DNA of 43,531 nucleotides from Saprolegnia diclina VS20 (Eukaryota): NCBI RefSeq assembly GCF_000281045.1, contig NW_008246107.1, positions 341,221 to 384,751 of the forward strand, read 5' to 3'. Shown piece by piece: positions 34,823 to 43,531 of this stretch (position 1 is its first letter; each line of letters starts with the position of its first letter). The notes under the pieces were generated by a model. It saw only the letters and a program-made list of their open reading frames with translations, ran no database searches and was not told where the DNA came from. The position numbers and the translations under genes were made by a program.

Positions 34823-35957
34823 ATGGCATCCAAGTCCGAGGTCCTCCCGCTCGTGTCGCCCAAGCCGGAGGCGCCGGTGCACCACCACCTCCTCGGCCTC
34901 TCGCTCGTCGCGTGCTCGGCCTTCACCTTCAGCCTCATGTCCTGCGCCATCAAGTACCGTCACGACTCTTCGTCCATGCATCTCATTCTGTCTAGGTACG
35001 AGAGCTACGTCATGTCGTCGATGGAGACGGTCTTCTGGCGCTCGGGCTTTGCCTGGATCCTCATCCTCGTACGGCTTCTGCAATGAGCTTGGTTGCAAGC
35101 TTATCGTTTGCGTAGATGGCGGTCAAGTGCCAGCGCGTGAGCTTGTACGTCGCGCCCGAGTACCGCTTCTTCCTCGCGATCCGCTGCTTTGTCGGCTTCC
35201 TCTCCATGTCGCTGGGCTTTTGGACCATGTCCCAAATGGTGCTGGCCGACGCCAGCGTCATCATCTTTACGAGCCCCGTCTGGTCCTTCTTCCTCGTACG
35301 ACGCTCGATATTTCGCACCATCTCAGAACTGATATGTACGTATAGGGCGCGCTCATCCTGCACGAAACCATTGACCCGGTCTCGTTTGGCTGCGCGCTTT
35401 GCTCGTTCATCGGCGTCGTCTGCGTCTCTCGGCCGTCGTTCCTCTTTGGCGAGTCGGCCGAAGAGGATGTCCATGGCTCCAAGTTTGCGGTCGTCGGCGG
35501 CCTCTGCGCAGCAGCCAGCCAAGCGCTCGTCTACGTCGTCGTGCGGGGGCTCAAGGGCCTCCACTTCATGGTCGTCATCCAGTACTTCATGCTTACGTGC
35601 ACGATCGGGTCGGGTCTCTGGATGCTTCTTGTCGAGCAGGTAGAAGCAGAAGATACGATGGAGTACTCATCCGTATACGTTGTTTAGCGCATCAATGTGA
35701 CGCTGACGCCGGACGTGTGGGCGGCGGCCGTGGCCACGGGCGTCCTCGGCTTTGTGGGTCAGCTCTTCATGACCAAGGGTTTCCAGCTCGAGAACGTCGG
35801 GATTGCGTCCGTCATGCGGTACCTCGACATTGTCTTTGTCTTCATCTGGGACATTACGCTTCTGCGCGAAGCCATCAACCTCTGGAGCGTCCTCGGCGCC
35901 GTCATCATTTGCTCGTGCGCGATCGTGATCGCCCTCCGCAAGGCGCACAAGCAGTAG
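34823..35957 (+). CDS. EamA/DMT superfamily transporter (SLC35G-like, about 315 aa)
   Basis: Introns 34954-34995, 35069-35115, 35296-35345 and 35640-35687 give an open frame. About 10 TM helices; motifs ETVFWRS, LADASVIIFTSPVWSF, GVVCVSRPSFLFG, GQLFMTKGFQLE, ASVMRYLDIVF. Confidence 0.9.
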
Positions 35958-36171
35958 AACTAACTTTGAATCCATGCATATTTGACGCCACCGAGTCGAC
36001 CAACTGTGATGACGACGAGCTCTCGACTGATTGTGCTGGCATCACGATGAGTCCGTTGGGAGATTTGCAACAGCAGAATAGCTCCTCAGGTAGCGAGGAC
36101 TCGTGGAGCCAACTTGGACAAAACTACTATCGGGTCACGAGCACGCCTCTATTGCACTACGTCTATTACTA

Positions 36172-36639
36172 CTACGGCGCCTGCTTGGGCGCGTCGGGCA
36201 CAAGGACGACAGCCGATGACACTGCGCTCTCGCTCGCAATGGGCTCTGCGGGCTCCACGACCAGCGCCACAGCCGACGAGCTTGTGTCGACAGGCTCCGG
36301 CGCCGACACGACGGCCACCGAGGAAGGCGCAACTGGCGTGGGCGCTGGGCTCGCTGGCGACGCCACGTACGCGTCGAACGAAATCTTTTGCTGCAGCACG
36401 CGGTGGGCCTCGGCCGGTGTGAGCGCGCCAATAGACGCTGCAGGAAACCCGGCTTTGGCGAGGTCGAGCTTCATCTGCGTCGTGATCATGAACGGGACCC
36501 GGACTGTCGCGTTGCCGACGTTCTTGGAGCCGTACCAGAAGCGCTCGGCCGTCTTCTGCGTGTCGTACTTGAGCTTGTTGGTCTTGTACAGGACGCGCGT
36601 CCGGAGGTTCAGCAGCCGCGTGCTCCACCGCGCCGTCAT
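36172..36639 (-). CDS. Hypothetical protein, possibly mitochondrial, with VPFMITxxM..L..G..I..LTP.EA motif and A/P/S-rich tail
   Basis: Coding-like GC3 bias, Arg-rich N-terminus (MTARWSTRLLNLRTR), and divergent from ATG13 across a CCAAT-containing spacer. Confidence 0.65.
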   Translation of the reverse strand: MTARWSTRLLNLRTRVLYKTNKLKYDTQKTAERFWYGSKNVGNATVRVPFMITTQMKLDLAKAGFPAASIGALTPAEAHRVLQQKISFDAYVASPASPAPTPVAPSSVAVVSAPEPVDTSSSAVALVVEPAEPIASESAVSSAVVLVPDAPKQAP

Positions 36640-36894
36640 GCTGGCCACGTTTCGAGAAGTCCCAACATCCGGACAACACCGGATACTAAACGTGGCTATT
36701 CGTGGCTATTTGACGACGTATTTTTGACAAGCCATTTCGTGCCTTGTAGACCTCCAACGGCGACGCGGTGTAGCGCGTTCCGCTCTCCAAAGTCATTTCT
36801 ATCGATGTGCCAAGTAGGAGCGATTTCGTAAAAAATGTTGGTTGACAGACTCCAGCTCTCCCACATCACACCATCGTGGTTTATTCGCATCTGG

Positions 36895-36930
36895 GATTGG
36901 CCAAAATGTTTGACAACTAGCCAATCAAAA
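36895..36930. promoter_or_regulatory. Pair of oppositely oriented CCAAT boxes in a bidirectional promoter
   Basis: GATTGGCCAAAA (36895) and TAGCCAATCAAAA (36918) lie between divergent genes starting at 36639(-) and 37484(+). Confidence 0.55.
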
Positions 36931-37483
36931 TCGTTTCCACAAGTAATTTGCGCGCGCCAATGTCTGCTGCGGTATAACTCTCACTGCCATGACTCGCGAG
37001 CTCCCCACACCATGTGTACAACAGTAAGAGAATGTGCATAACAGTGCTCGACGTATAGCTATCTGCGCAGGGCTATACGTAGCTAGTCGGCAAATGTGAT
37101 GCAAGCGCAGTGCAGACGTTGGGCCATCGCATTCCACACCGCACGATTTAAGGCGCCTACTCGCTAATCTCAAACTCACAAACCGTCAGCGCGATATGGT
37201 GACGCCCGACCGCGCAGCGTAGACGTTTCCTTCTCTTTGGCTCGTCCTCGCAAACCGGGCACAACAGGCTGCATACGTCTTTGCGAGGACCGATGCTGGC
37301 AAAGTGGAAGCAACTACGAGTAGCTACTGCTAAATGTGCAGTGGAATAGTCAGGATTTGTCAATACGTCACTTGAGGGCAACGCACCTCACCTCTGTTCG
37401 CGAGCCGCCTCGAAACCGGTTATCTTTTGCCCCGTATCCGGATCAAGCCCTTGCCGGTTCTTTTTGGAAGAAAGATCAGAGCG

Positions 37484-39386
37484 ATGATGCAGTCGACGCA
37501 CCTCGAGCGGAGCGCGTCGCTGCGGACGTCGCCGACGCGCCAGGTGCAGACGGACCACGTCGTCCTCGAGGCCTTCTACAAGGCCGTCGAGCTCGTGCTC
37601 ATGAGCCGCGTGCACTTTCCCGCCGGCGCCGCGCCGCGCAACACCCGCGTACGTCCGCCTGTATGCTGCTAACCCTGGCGTCATGTTGAAGGCTGTAGCT
37701 GTACTTTGACATGGTCGAGGTACCCTGCGTGCGCGAGGCCATGGCGCCCGTCAAGGCCAACGTCCACGACCCGCTCTACCTCGACATCTCGATGGGCGAC
37801 ACACTCCTCGAGCGCTGGCAGCTCACGTACTCGACGAGCAGCGCGCATGGCGCGACCGCACCCGGCAACTTTATCGCGCAGCTGCGCAAGGTCGTGCAGC
37901 AGCTCGCAATCTTGCTCCGGTCGCTCTTCTGCCTCGTACGCATTTTGCCGGCGTTCCACGTGAGCCAGCAGCTCAAGTTCCAGCAGGAAGATCTCGGCCA
38001 TGCGCTCGTGGGCTTGAGCTACCACCTCGGCCAGAGCGAAGCGCAGATGCCACTGCAGTTTGACACGGCGACGACGAAGCAGCGGTACAGCTTCCAGCCC
38101 GTCGACACGATGTTTGGCGTCGTCATGGTCGGGGTCATGTACCGCAAGCAGACGGCAGACGTACTCGCGGCGATTGAGCAAATGGCGCCGCCATCCCCCG
38201 TCGCGAACGATGTGTCACCGACGCTCGAGCACGCCATCATCCAGGACTACGTGCCCACGACGCCGCAGACCAAGCCGGCGCCGTCCCCGCTGCTCGGTCC
38301 CGCGCGCATGGTCGTCCAGGAAGATGACATGCTTCGCCGAGGTATTATCAACAATATTCTCCATCATCAAAGTTGACAGAACGTCCCAGATGCGACACCG
38401 TACGCCACATCGCAGCCGATGGCCATTCCGCACGTCGCAACGACTGCCGGTACATTGCCGTATATGTGCAGTCGGAACATGCTGCTGCTAGTCGACGCAC
38501 CGTCGTACCCGCGCCGAGACACTGCACCACCCAAGCAAGCCCACTCGCTGGATGCTCCCGAGCAGCTCCGGTACCTCCCTCCTCTTCTTAGTTACTTAGT
38601 ACAAATGCTATTTTGCAGGCGCCCGTCCATGAAGCCGGTGTCGGTGCTTGAAACGATGGCCAAGGCCAGCTTCCAGACGCCACCGCTGCACCCCAACTCG
38701 GCGCCCGTCCCGATCGGAACGCCCGTGCGCGCGATGGCACCGCTCGACGGCTTTCAGCTCGACGGCAAATTCCGGCCCGGCAGCGCCGATAGCGACAAGT
38801 CGTCGTCGTCGTCGCAGCTGCCCTTCTCGGTGGCGACGGAGAAGCAGCGCTCGGCGCGAACGACACCGCCCTTCTTCTCGAGCAGCCCGCCGTTCCGAGC
38901 GCTGGCGGGCGAGGCGCCGTCAGCGTCGCCCCAGAACGTTCCGGCCACGCGGCTGCAGTTCCACCCGACCCGCGGTCTCGTCCTAGACTCTCTACGTTCT
39001 TATGGGGAACTTGACGTGCGTAGACGCCAAGCACGAGCGCCGGCGAAGCGAGTCGTTTGAAGTCGCGAGCGGCGGCAGCAGCGTGTGGGGCATTGCGCCG
39101 TCGGTGCTGGACCTCGGCTGTCTCTCGCCCCTCGAGTCGCCGCCGGTCGACGAGGCGAATTTACCGTTCGCCCTCTCGTCCTCGGCCAAGGTCGAAGTCG
39201 GCAGCTTCCTCCAGCAGCTCAAGCAAGCGCCGCCCCTCCACGTGGCGACCACCGGCCGACCGCTGGTACACAGTTATGCTCTGGATATGGATCTATGAGT
39301 GTGGTGCGTAGGCGTCGGTGGACCAGGAGCTTGCGTTCTTCCGCCAGCTGCGCGACGACATGACCCACGACCTGCAGTCGTCCTAG
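37484..39386 (+). CDS. ATG13: Autophagy-related protein 13 (HORMA domain + disordered S/P-rich tail, about 539 aa, 7 exons)
   Basis: Introns 37649-37698, 38342-38389, 38450-38491, 38571-38618, 38975-39023 and 39266-39311 give an open frame. HORMA motifs FYKAVELVLMSR, PLYLDI, LLERWQL, LAILLRSLFCLVRILPAF, PVDTMFG..VGVMYR. C-terminal LPFA..VGSFLQQLKQAPPL and ELAFFRQLRD. Confidence 0.88.
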
Positions 39387-39459
39387 TCTCCGTCTCGTCT
39401 CTCTAGTCGTCGTCGCCATGTGTCTCTAATCATACTACTTCGTGTATTTTGGAGGGCTC

Positions 39460-39816
39460 CTAGGGGTAGTACTGCTGGAAGAACTGGCCAAGGCCGTACG
39501 TGCCACCCGTGAAGCACGAGTACGCGAACCCGAGGTACGTGCGCGGCGGCAGGTCCCAGATGTGCACGATGAGCACGGTAGTAGCCCAAGTGGCGATGCC
39601 ACCGATGGCGAAGGCCCCGTAGACTTGGGCGAGCTGCGCGTCCGGCGGCAGCGCCACAAAGGCGGCGGGGACCAGCGAACAGCGCGGCGCAAAGCGCAGG
39701 AAGCGGAACGCGCAGAACTGCACGACGGCGCTCGTGGCGATGAACATGAGGAGGAAGGTCCCGAGCGCGCTGCCCTGCGCGAGCATCGTCCAGAGGAGCC
39801 ACTCGAGCAGACCCAT
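39460..39816 (-). CDS. Small multi-TM membrane protein of unknown function (118 aa)
   Basis: ATG start, strong GC3 bias and 3 hydrophobic segments; convergent with ATG13. Confidence 0.65.
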   Translation of the reverse strand: MGLLEWLLWTMLAQGSALGTFLLMFIATSAVVQFCAFRFLRFAPRCSLVPAAFVALPPDAQLAQVYGAFAIGGIATWATTVLIVHIWDLPPRTYLGFAYSCFTGGTYGLGQFFQQYYP

Positions 39817-40316
39817 GGTTGCTGCTGGCCGCTTGTGTGAAACTGAACACTCCAGATGGCTTTTCGAGCACTGTTACCTAACAAGTTAAAAAGCACGAGG
39901 TATTGTCGGCCTCGTTCAGGCAGAGCAATGGCTTGACGAGGGCTAGACGGACGTGTCGAGCGTCGCCTGGCCATGCATGCGCATGAGAGTGTCTTCAATA
40001 TGCCTGGTTGGGTGCCATTGTCTCTAGGACAATCCTTCTTACTCTAGGATCCTCGTCCTCACCTGCTGCCACGAGTGTCGAGAGCAATGACTGCCAAATA
40101 CCAGACAATATCAGGACCATGATCCTCCTTCCGACATGATCCCACGATCCACCGGTCGCTCTGCTGGCACAGGCAGCCGACTGGGCGACAGACTCGATCT
40201 CATCTTCACCAGAGCGAGGAGTTTCGCCTCTGCCTACGCGTATCCGGCATCCGGATACGGCGCCGAGGGTTCCAGGTGTCCATTTGCAACACAAAGCCGG
40301 TGCGATTAGCCTCCTC

Positions 40317-40871
40317 ATGGCGGCCCATGACGGCGCGACCTCGGACGACGGGGCGAAGGAGCGCAAGCGGCAGCACCACCACGGCGCCTCCTCCATCCAG
40401 TCCAAGATCCCTCGCCTCTTCAAGCCATCGGCGCCCGGCAGCGCCAAGAAGGCCAAGGCGGCGTCGCGCATCCCGCGCATGGCCTCGGGCATCCCGCGGC
40501 GACGGCTACTCGAGGCCGTGAGCTGCGACTCGTCGAGCGATGGCACCGTGAGCGAGTGCCCAACCATCAGCTCCATGACCGAGTCGCAGGTCGACGACGA
40601 CCCGATCTCGTTCGTCGCGACCTTGCGCGAGATGGACATTGCGCGTTGCCTCCAGGAAGACCTCGTGCGCGACAACGCCAAGCTCAAGCAGCAAGCCGAG
40701 TTCATTCACTCGGAGATCGGGTACCTTTACGAGCTCCTCACGCAGATTGAGGCGGCCGTGCAGACGAGCGCGCGGTCGCGGCGAGCCCACCAGGCCATCC
40801 TCGACATCATCGCGGCCCCGATGCCCAGCAGCCTCGACCGACCGGATGTGCCGGACGACGCAACGTTTTGA
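40317..40871 (+). CDS. Hypothetical protein (basic SKIPR-repeat N-terminus, C-terminal coiled coil)
   Basis: Strong GC3 bias. Contains SKIPR/SRIPR/SGIPR repeats and a heptad region LQEDLVRDNAKLKQQAEFIHSEIGYLYELLTQIE. Confidence 0.7.
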   Translation: MAAHDGATSDDGAKERKRQHHHGASSIQSKIPRLFKPSAPGSAKKAKAASRIPRMASGIPRRRLLEAVSCDSSSDGTVSECPTISSMTESQVDDDPISFVATLREMDIARCLQEDLVRDNAKLKQQAEFIHSEIGYLYELLTQIEAAVQTSARSRRAHQAILDIIAAPMPSSLDRPDVPDDATF

Positions 40872-41407
40872 TTTACGACTCTTTTTCAACTTATATATTA
40901 GTGCGCTAGCTTCTATTCCCCGCTTCGATCCCCGCCAGTGTTAGTAGCGGCAGTAGCAGAGGAGCCCACGACGGCAACGCGAGCAAGAGTGACACGGCCG
41001 TTAAGCCTTTCGAACATCGACCTACACCGAGGGTGGTCGTTCGTAAAGTGGCGAAGATGGAGCCACAGGACCTACACCTGACGCGGTTGAGACAAACGTA
41101 GTCGTTCGAGGCCTGCGAATGGACAACTGACAGCGTCCCAACAACAGGCTCCGGCGATCCCTCGTCGTAGATACAGACATACCCATATATTTACTGCGGC
41201 AGTTCAGATAGACCCAGCTGAGATAGATCCATGTGTACAGTGCGTGTGCGTCCACCAGTACTCGATCACTTTCATCGGGGCTGCAGTCGTGTCAGATAGA
41301 ATTTGGTTGAGCTCTGGGATATCTGAGGATCAGAGTTCGACATTCGAATGTACGATGGAGCCCTGGAGCAAGCTGTCTATGGTTCATCGTACTCCAGCTG
41401 CTGCTGT

Positions 41408-42301
41408 TCACGAGCCAGTGATTCCGAGCTGGGCCTGGATCTTGTAGATTAGTGCGGGGAGCCGTTGTTTGGCCTCCGCCGTCGTGGGCAGGTTGCACAT
41501 GACGTAGTCGACCTGTTGAGCGACGCTGATCATGCCAACGGCCGCCGAGTTGTTGATCTTGGCGAGGACGAGCCACTCGCACCACTTCTTGTTCAATTGT
41601 TGCTTGAGGAGCGCGGGCTTGGCCTTGAAGATGGTCATTTTTTTTAGGGCGGGGTCTGCGAGCTCCTCGCTGTTGACCTTGACCGTCTCCCAGTAGACGC
41701 GGGTATTCTCGAAGACCGTCTTGACCTGTGCGAGTGACCGGACAGCCACTTCGAGGGACTGGACGGCCTGGTCCTTCGCGCGGGCCACATGCATGGTCAT
41801 TTCGCGCTCCTTGGCGTCCTTGTGTGCGTCGAGCTCGTCCCTCGCCTGCTCGGCTGTGTGCTTGGCAAGGTTGCTCATGTCCACGGACTTGGTGACGAGC
41901 TCGGAGGCCTTGCCTGCCATAGTGACGGCAATGTTGCGGGTCATGGCCAGCACCTCGAGCGCCTCCCCGCTCTGGTCGTCGTTCATGAGCTCGAGCGCCG
42001 TCTGGAAGTCCTGGAGGGCTTTGATGCAGCCGCGCACGAAGGAGGCACATGTGAGCTGCATGTCCTTGACCAAGGTCTGGTAGTTGCACGTGCGCATGAG
42101 CACGGCGGTGTTGCAGACGTGACCCTTGGACCCAGCAAACGCCGTGGCGAGCAGTTGCGCTACGATGGTCAAGTTGGTCATGATTTGGGCAAAGTTGACC
42201 ATGTTGTAGCGGCCTTCGATGTCGGCGATAGCGGCTTGAACGGCGCGGTGCTGAAGCGCGGGCTCCAGGTCGGCAAAGCTGTAGAAGCTCGTGATAGCCA
42301 T
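41408..42301 (-). CDS. Intronless all-alpha-helical protein (297 aa), possibly ClyA/alpha-pore-forming-toxin-like
   Basis: Continuous amphipathic helices with few Pro/Gly. The Inr+FPR-like CTCACTTTACATTTC at 42380-42366 supports ATG 42301. The gene call is solid; the family call is tentative. Confidence 0.7.
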   Translation of the reverse strand: MAITSFYSFADLEPALQHRAVQAAIADIEGRYNMVNFAQIMTNLTIVAQLLATAFAGSKGHVCNTAVLMRTCNYQTLVKDMQLTCASFVRGCIKALQDFQTALELMNDDQSGEALEVLAMTRNIAVTMAGKASELVTKSVDMSNLAKHTAEQARDELDAHKDAKEREMTMHVARAKDQAVQSLEVAVRSLAQVKTVFENTRVYWETVKVNSEELADPALKKMTIFKAKPALLKQQLNKKWCEWLVLAKINNSAAVGMISVAQQVDYVMCNLPTTAEAKQRLPALIYKIQAQLGITGS

Positions 42302-42529
42302 GAGGGGGTCGAAGTCGACCTTTGGGCCCCCGACGTTTATGTTGGTGAGTTGGGTGAGAGTCGAGGAAATGTAAAGTGAGGTGAGGGAATGCTCCGAGTC
42401 AAGAGCAGGCATGAACACGTCCGACTTCAAGATTTGTGGCAGGCGTCAGAGCAGCGACCATTGTGGCCAGTGGATTTAGACAACCGCGTGCAGACACAAT
42501 TGTACTTGCTCACCCAAGTACACCAAATA

Positions 42530-42560
42530 AACACGGCGGCTATTAAATAGCCGCCGTGTT
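42530..42560. repeat. Perfect 15-bp inverted repeat with 1-nt spacer
   Basis: aacacggcggctatt-a-aatagccgccgtgtt. Confidence 0.95.
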
Positions 42561-43018
42561 GAAAGGAAACTGGTGCAGAGCCTTCTCAGCACAGAAGGCC
42601 TTTTCGCAGCACGTCAGTCAAGTATTCTAAACGAAGGTCGGTCGAGCGCTCAGGCAGTCAACACAGGCCTAGGATGCTGCGGCACAACAACAACGTGCTA
42701 GGAACGACGCATTGGCGGAGCAAGAAGTAGCGACGAAGTCGTTGGAGGCTGCCATGGACCAAGAATGCTGCAAGATCCGGGGCTGCAAGGTACCATCCGC
42801 ACCGAGCGCCAGTGCCAGAACAACCGACTCCTTGGCATCTTTCGCCATTATCTCGAAGCGAGCCATCCCCTTCAGCTCGGCATCATCTTGTCTTCATCTT
42901 GTCTTCAACAGAACGAGGAGTCTCTACGCGCTTCCATCCCCGCACGTGCAAGCTTTTTCTTCTTATTTCCTGTGGGAGAAAGCATGTTTGTGTATTTTCG
43001 TCATATTGCGCAAAAGGT

Positions 43019-43531
43019 CTACTTGTTGCGGCCGAGCGTGCGCTGCTTCTCGGCGTGGACGACGATCTTCTCTTCGCGCGAGAGACCCTTGCGCTTCCGG
43101 ACGCCCTCGAGGAGCTTCCGGACCGCGTTGTGCTCGGCGATCGCCTCGCCATAGTCCTCGCGCTCCTCGTCCGTCGTCGGCTGGAAGAACGGGTCGTCGG
43201 GCATGACGGCCCAGTGGTCAAAGAGCAGCTGCGGGTTGCTCGCGTTGCCACTTGTGTTCTTGAGGAGCTCGGTCGCAAAGCCAAAGCTCTCGACGACCGG
43301 CAGATACGCCTCGACGCTGAAGAGCGCGCTGCCGTCCGTGAGTTCTTCGCCGACGACCCGCGCCCGGCGCTTGGCAAACACACTAATCGTTGTGATCTTA
43401 TATGCAATGAGGTGGAAGAAGACGTACCTGTAGAGCTTGCCGAGCTGCTCCGACTGGCACTGCACCGTGCACTTGTACATGGCTTCGACGAGGCGGACGG
43501 GCGCGTGCAGAAACGCACTGCGGCAACCCGA
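43019..43531 (-). CDS. EFL1: Elongation factor-like GTPase 1 (ribosome biogenesis), 3' part; gene runs off the window
   Basis: RLVEAMYKCTVQC..LGKLY, intron 43383-43427, then SVFAKRRARV..AYLPVVESFGFA..TSGNASNPQLLFDHW..DPFFQPTT.EE.ED.G..VRKRKGL..EKIVVHAEKQRTL, the EFL1/Ria1 C-terminus. Confidence 0.93.
   Translation of the reverse strand, partial: SGCRSAFLHAPVRLVEAMYKCTVQCQSEQLGKLYRYVFFHLIAYKITTISVFAKRRARVVGEELTDGSALFSVEAYLPVVESFGFATELLKNTSGNASNPQLLFDHWAVMPDDPFFQPTTDEEREDYGEAIAEHNAVRKLLEGVRKRKGLSREEKIVVHAEKQRTLGRNK

Noticed and set aside
38330..38400. Apparent frameshift in ATG13
   Set aside because: Resolved by using the downstream acceptor cccag at 38389, which restores the frame.
1..43531. 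CRISPR arrays, prokaryotic operons or defence systems, intact transposase or RT genes
   Set aside because: The sequence is spliced eukaryotic DNA. No regularly spaced repeats and no DDE, RT or integrase motifs were seen.

Overview
Eukaryotic, gene-dense, GC-rich window. It is most likely from an oomycete, probably Saprolegniales (Saprolegnia/Achlya-like). This is an inference from the 40-51 nt GT-AG introns, oomycete-type Inr+FPR and CCAAT promoter motifs, and WRKY19-like HGGG zinc-finger genes. About 21 protein genes can be supported, many spliced so the ORF track fragments them. In order: ZIP zinc transporter, GH17 beta-1,3-glucanase, PPR-like mitochondrial protein, two convergent WRKY19-like zinc-finger paralogs, FolD, a secreted single-pass membrane protein, an MLO-like membrane protein with a fused EF-hand, a MARVEL-like 4TM protein, a makorin RING E3, an IQ/Sfi1-like repeat protein, a METTL21-like methyltransferase, a large armadillo-repeat protein, a C2+DUSP protein, an EamA/DMT transporter, ATG13, several small hypotheticals, an intronless all-helical protein with possible ClyA-like fold preceded by three hairpins, and the 3' end of EFL1/RIA1. 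No rRNA, tRNA, CRISPR or intact transposon was found. Best leads: the MLO-EF-hand protein, the catalytically empty C2-DUSP protein, and the helical toxin-like gene with its upstream palindromes. All family calls come from motif recognition by eye; no database searches were run.
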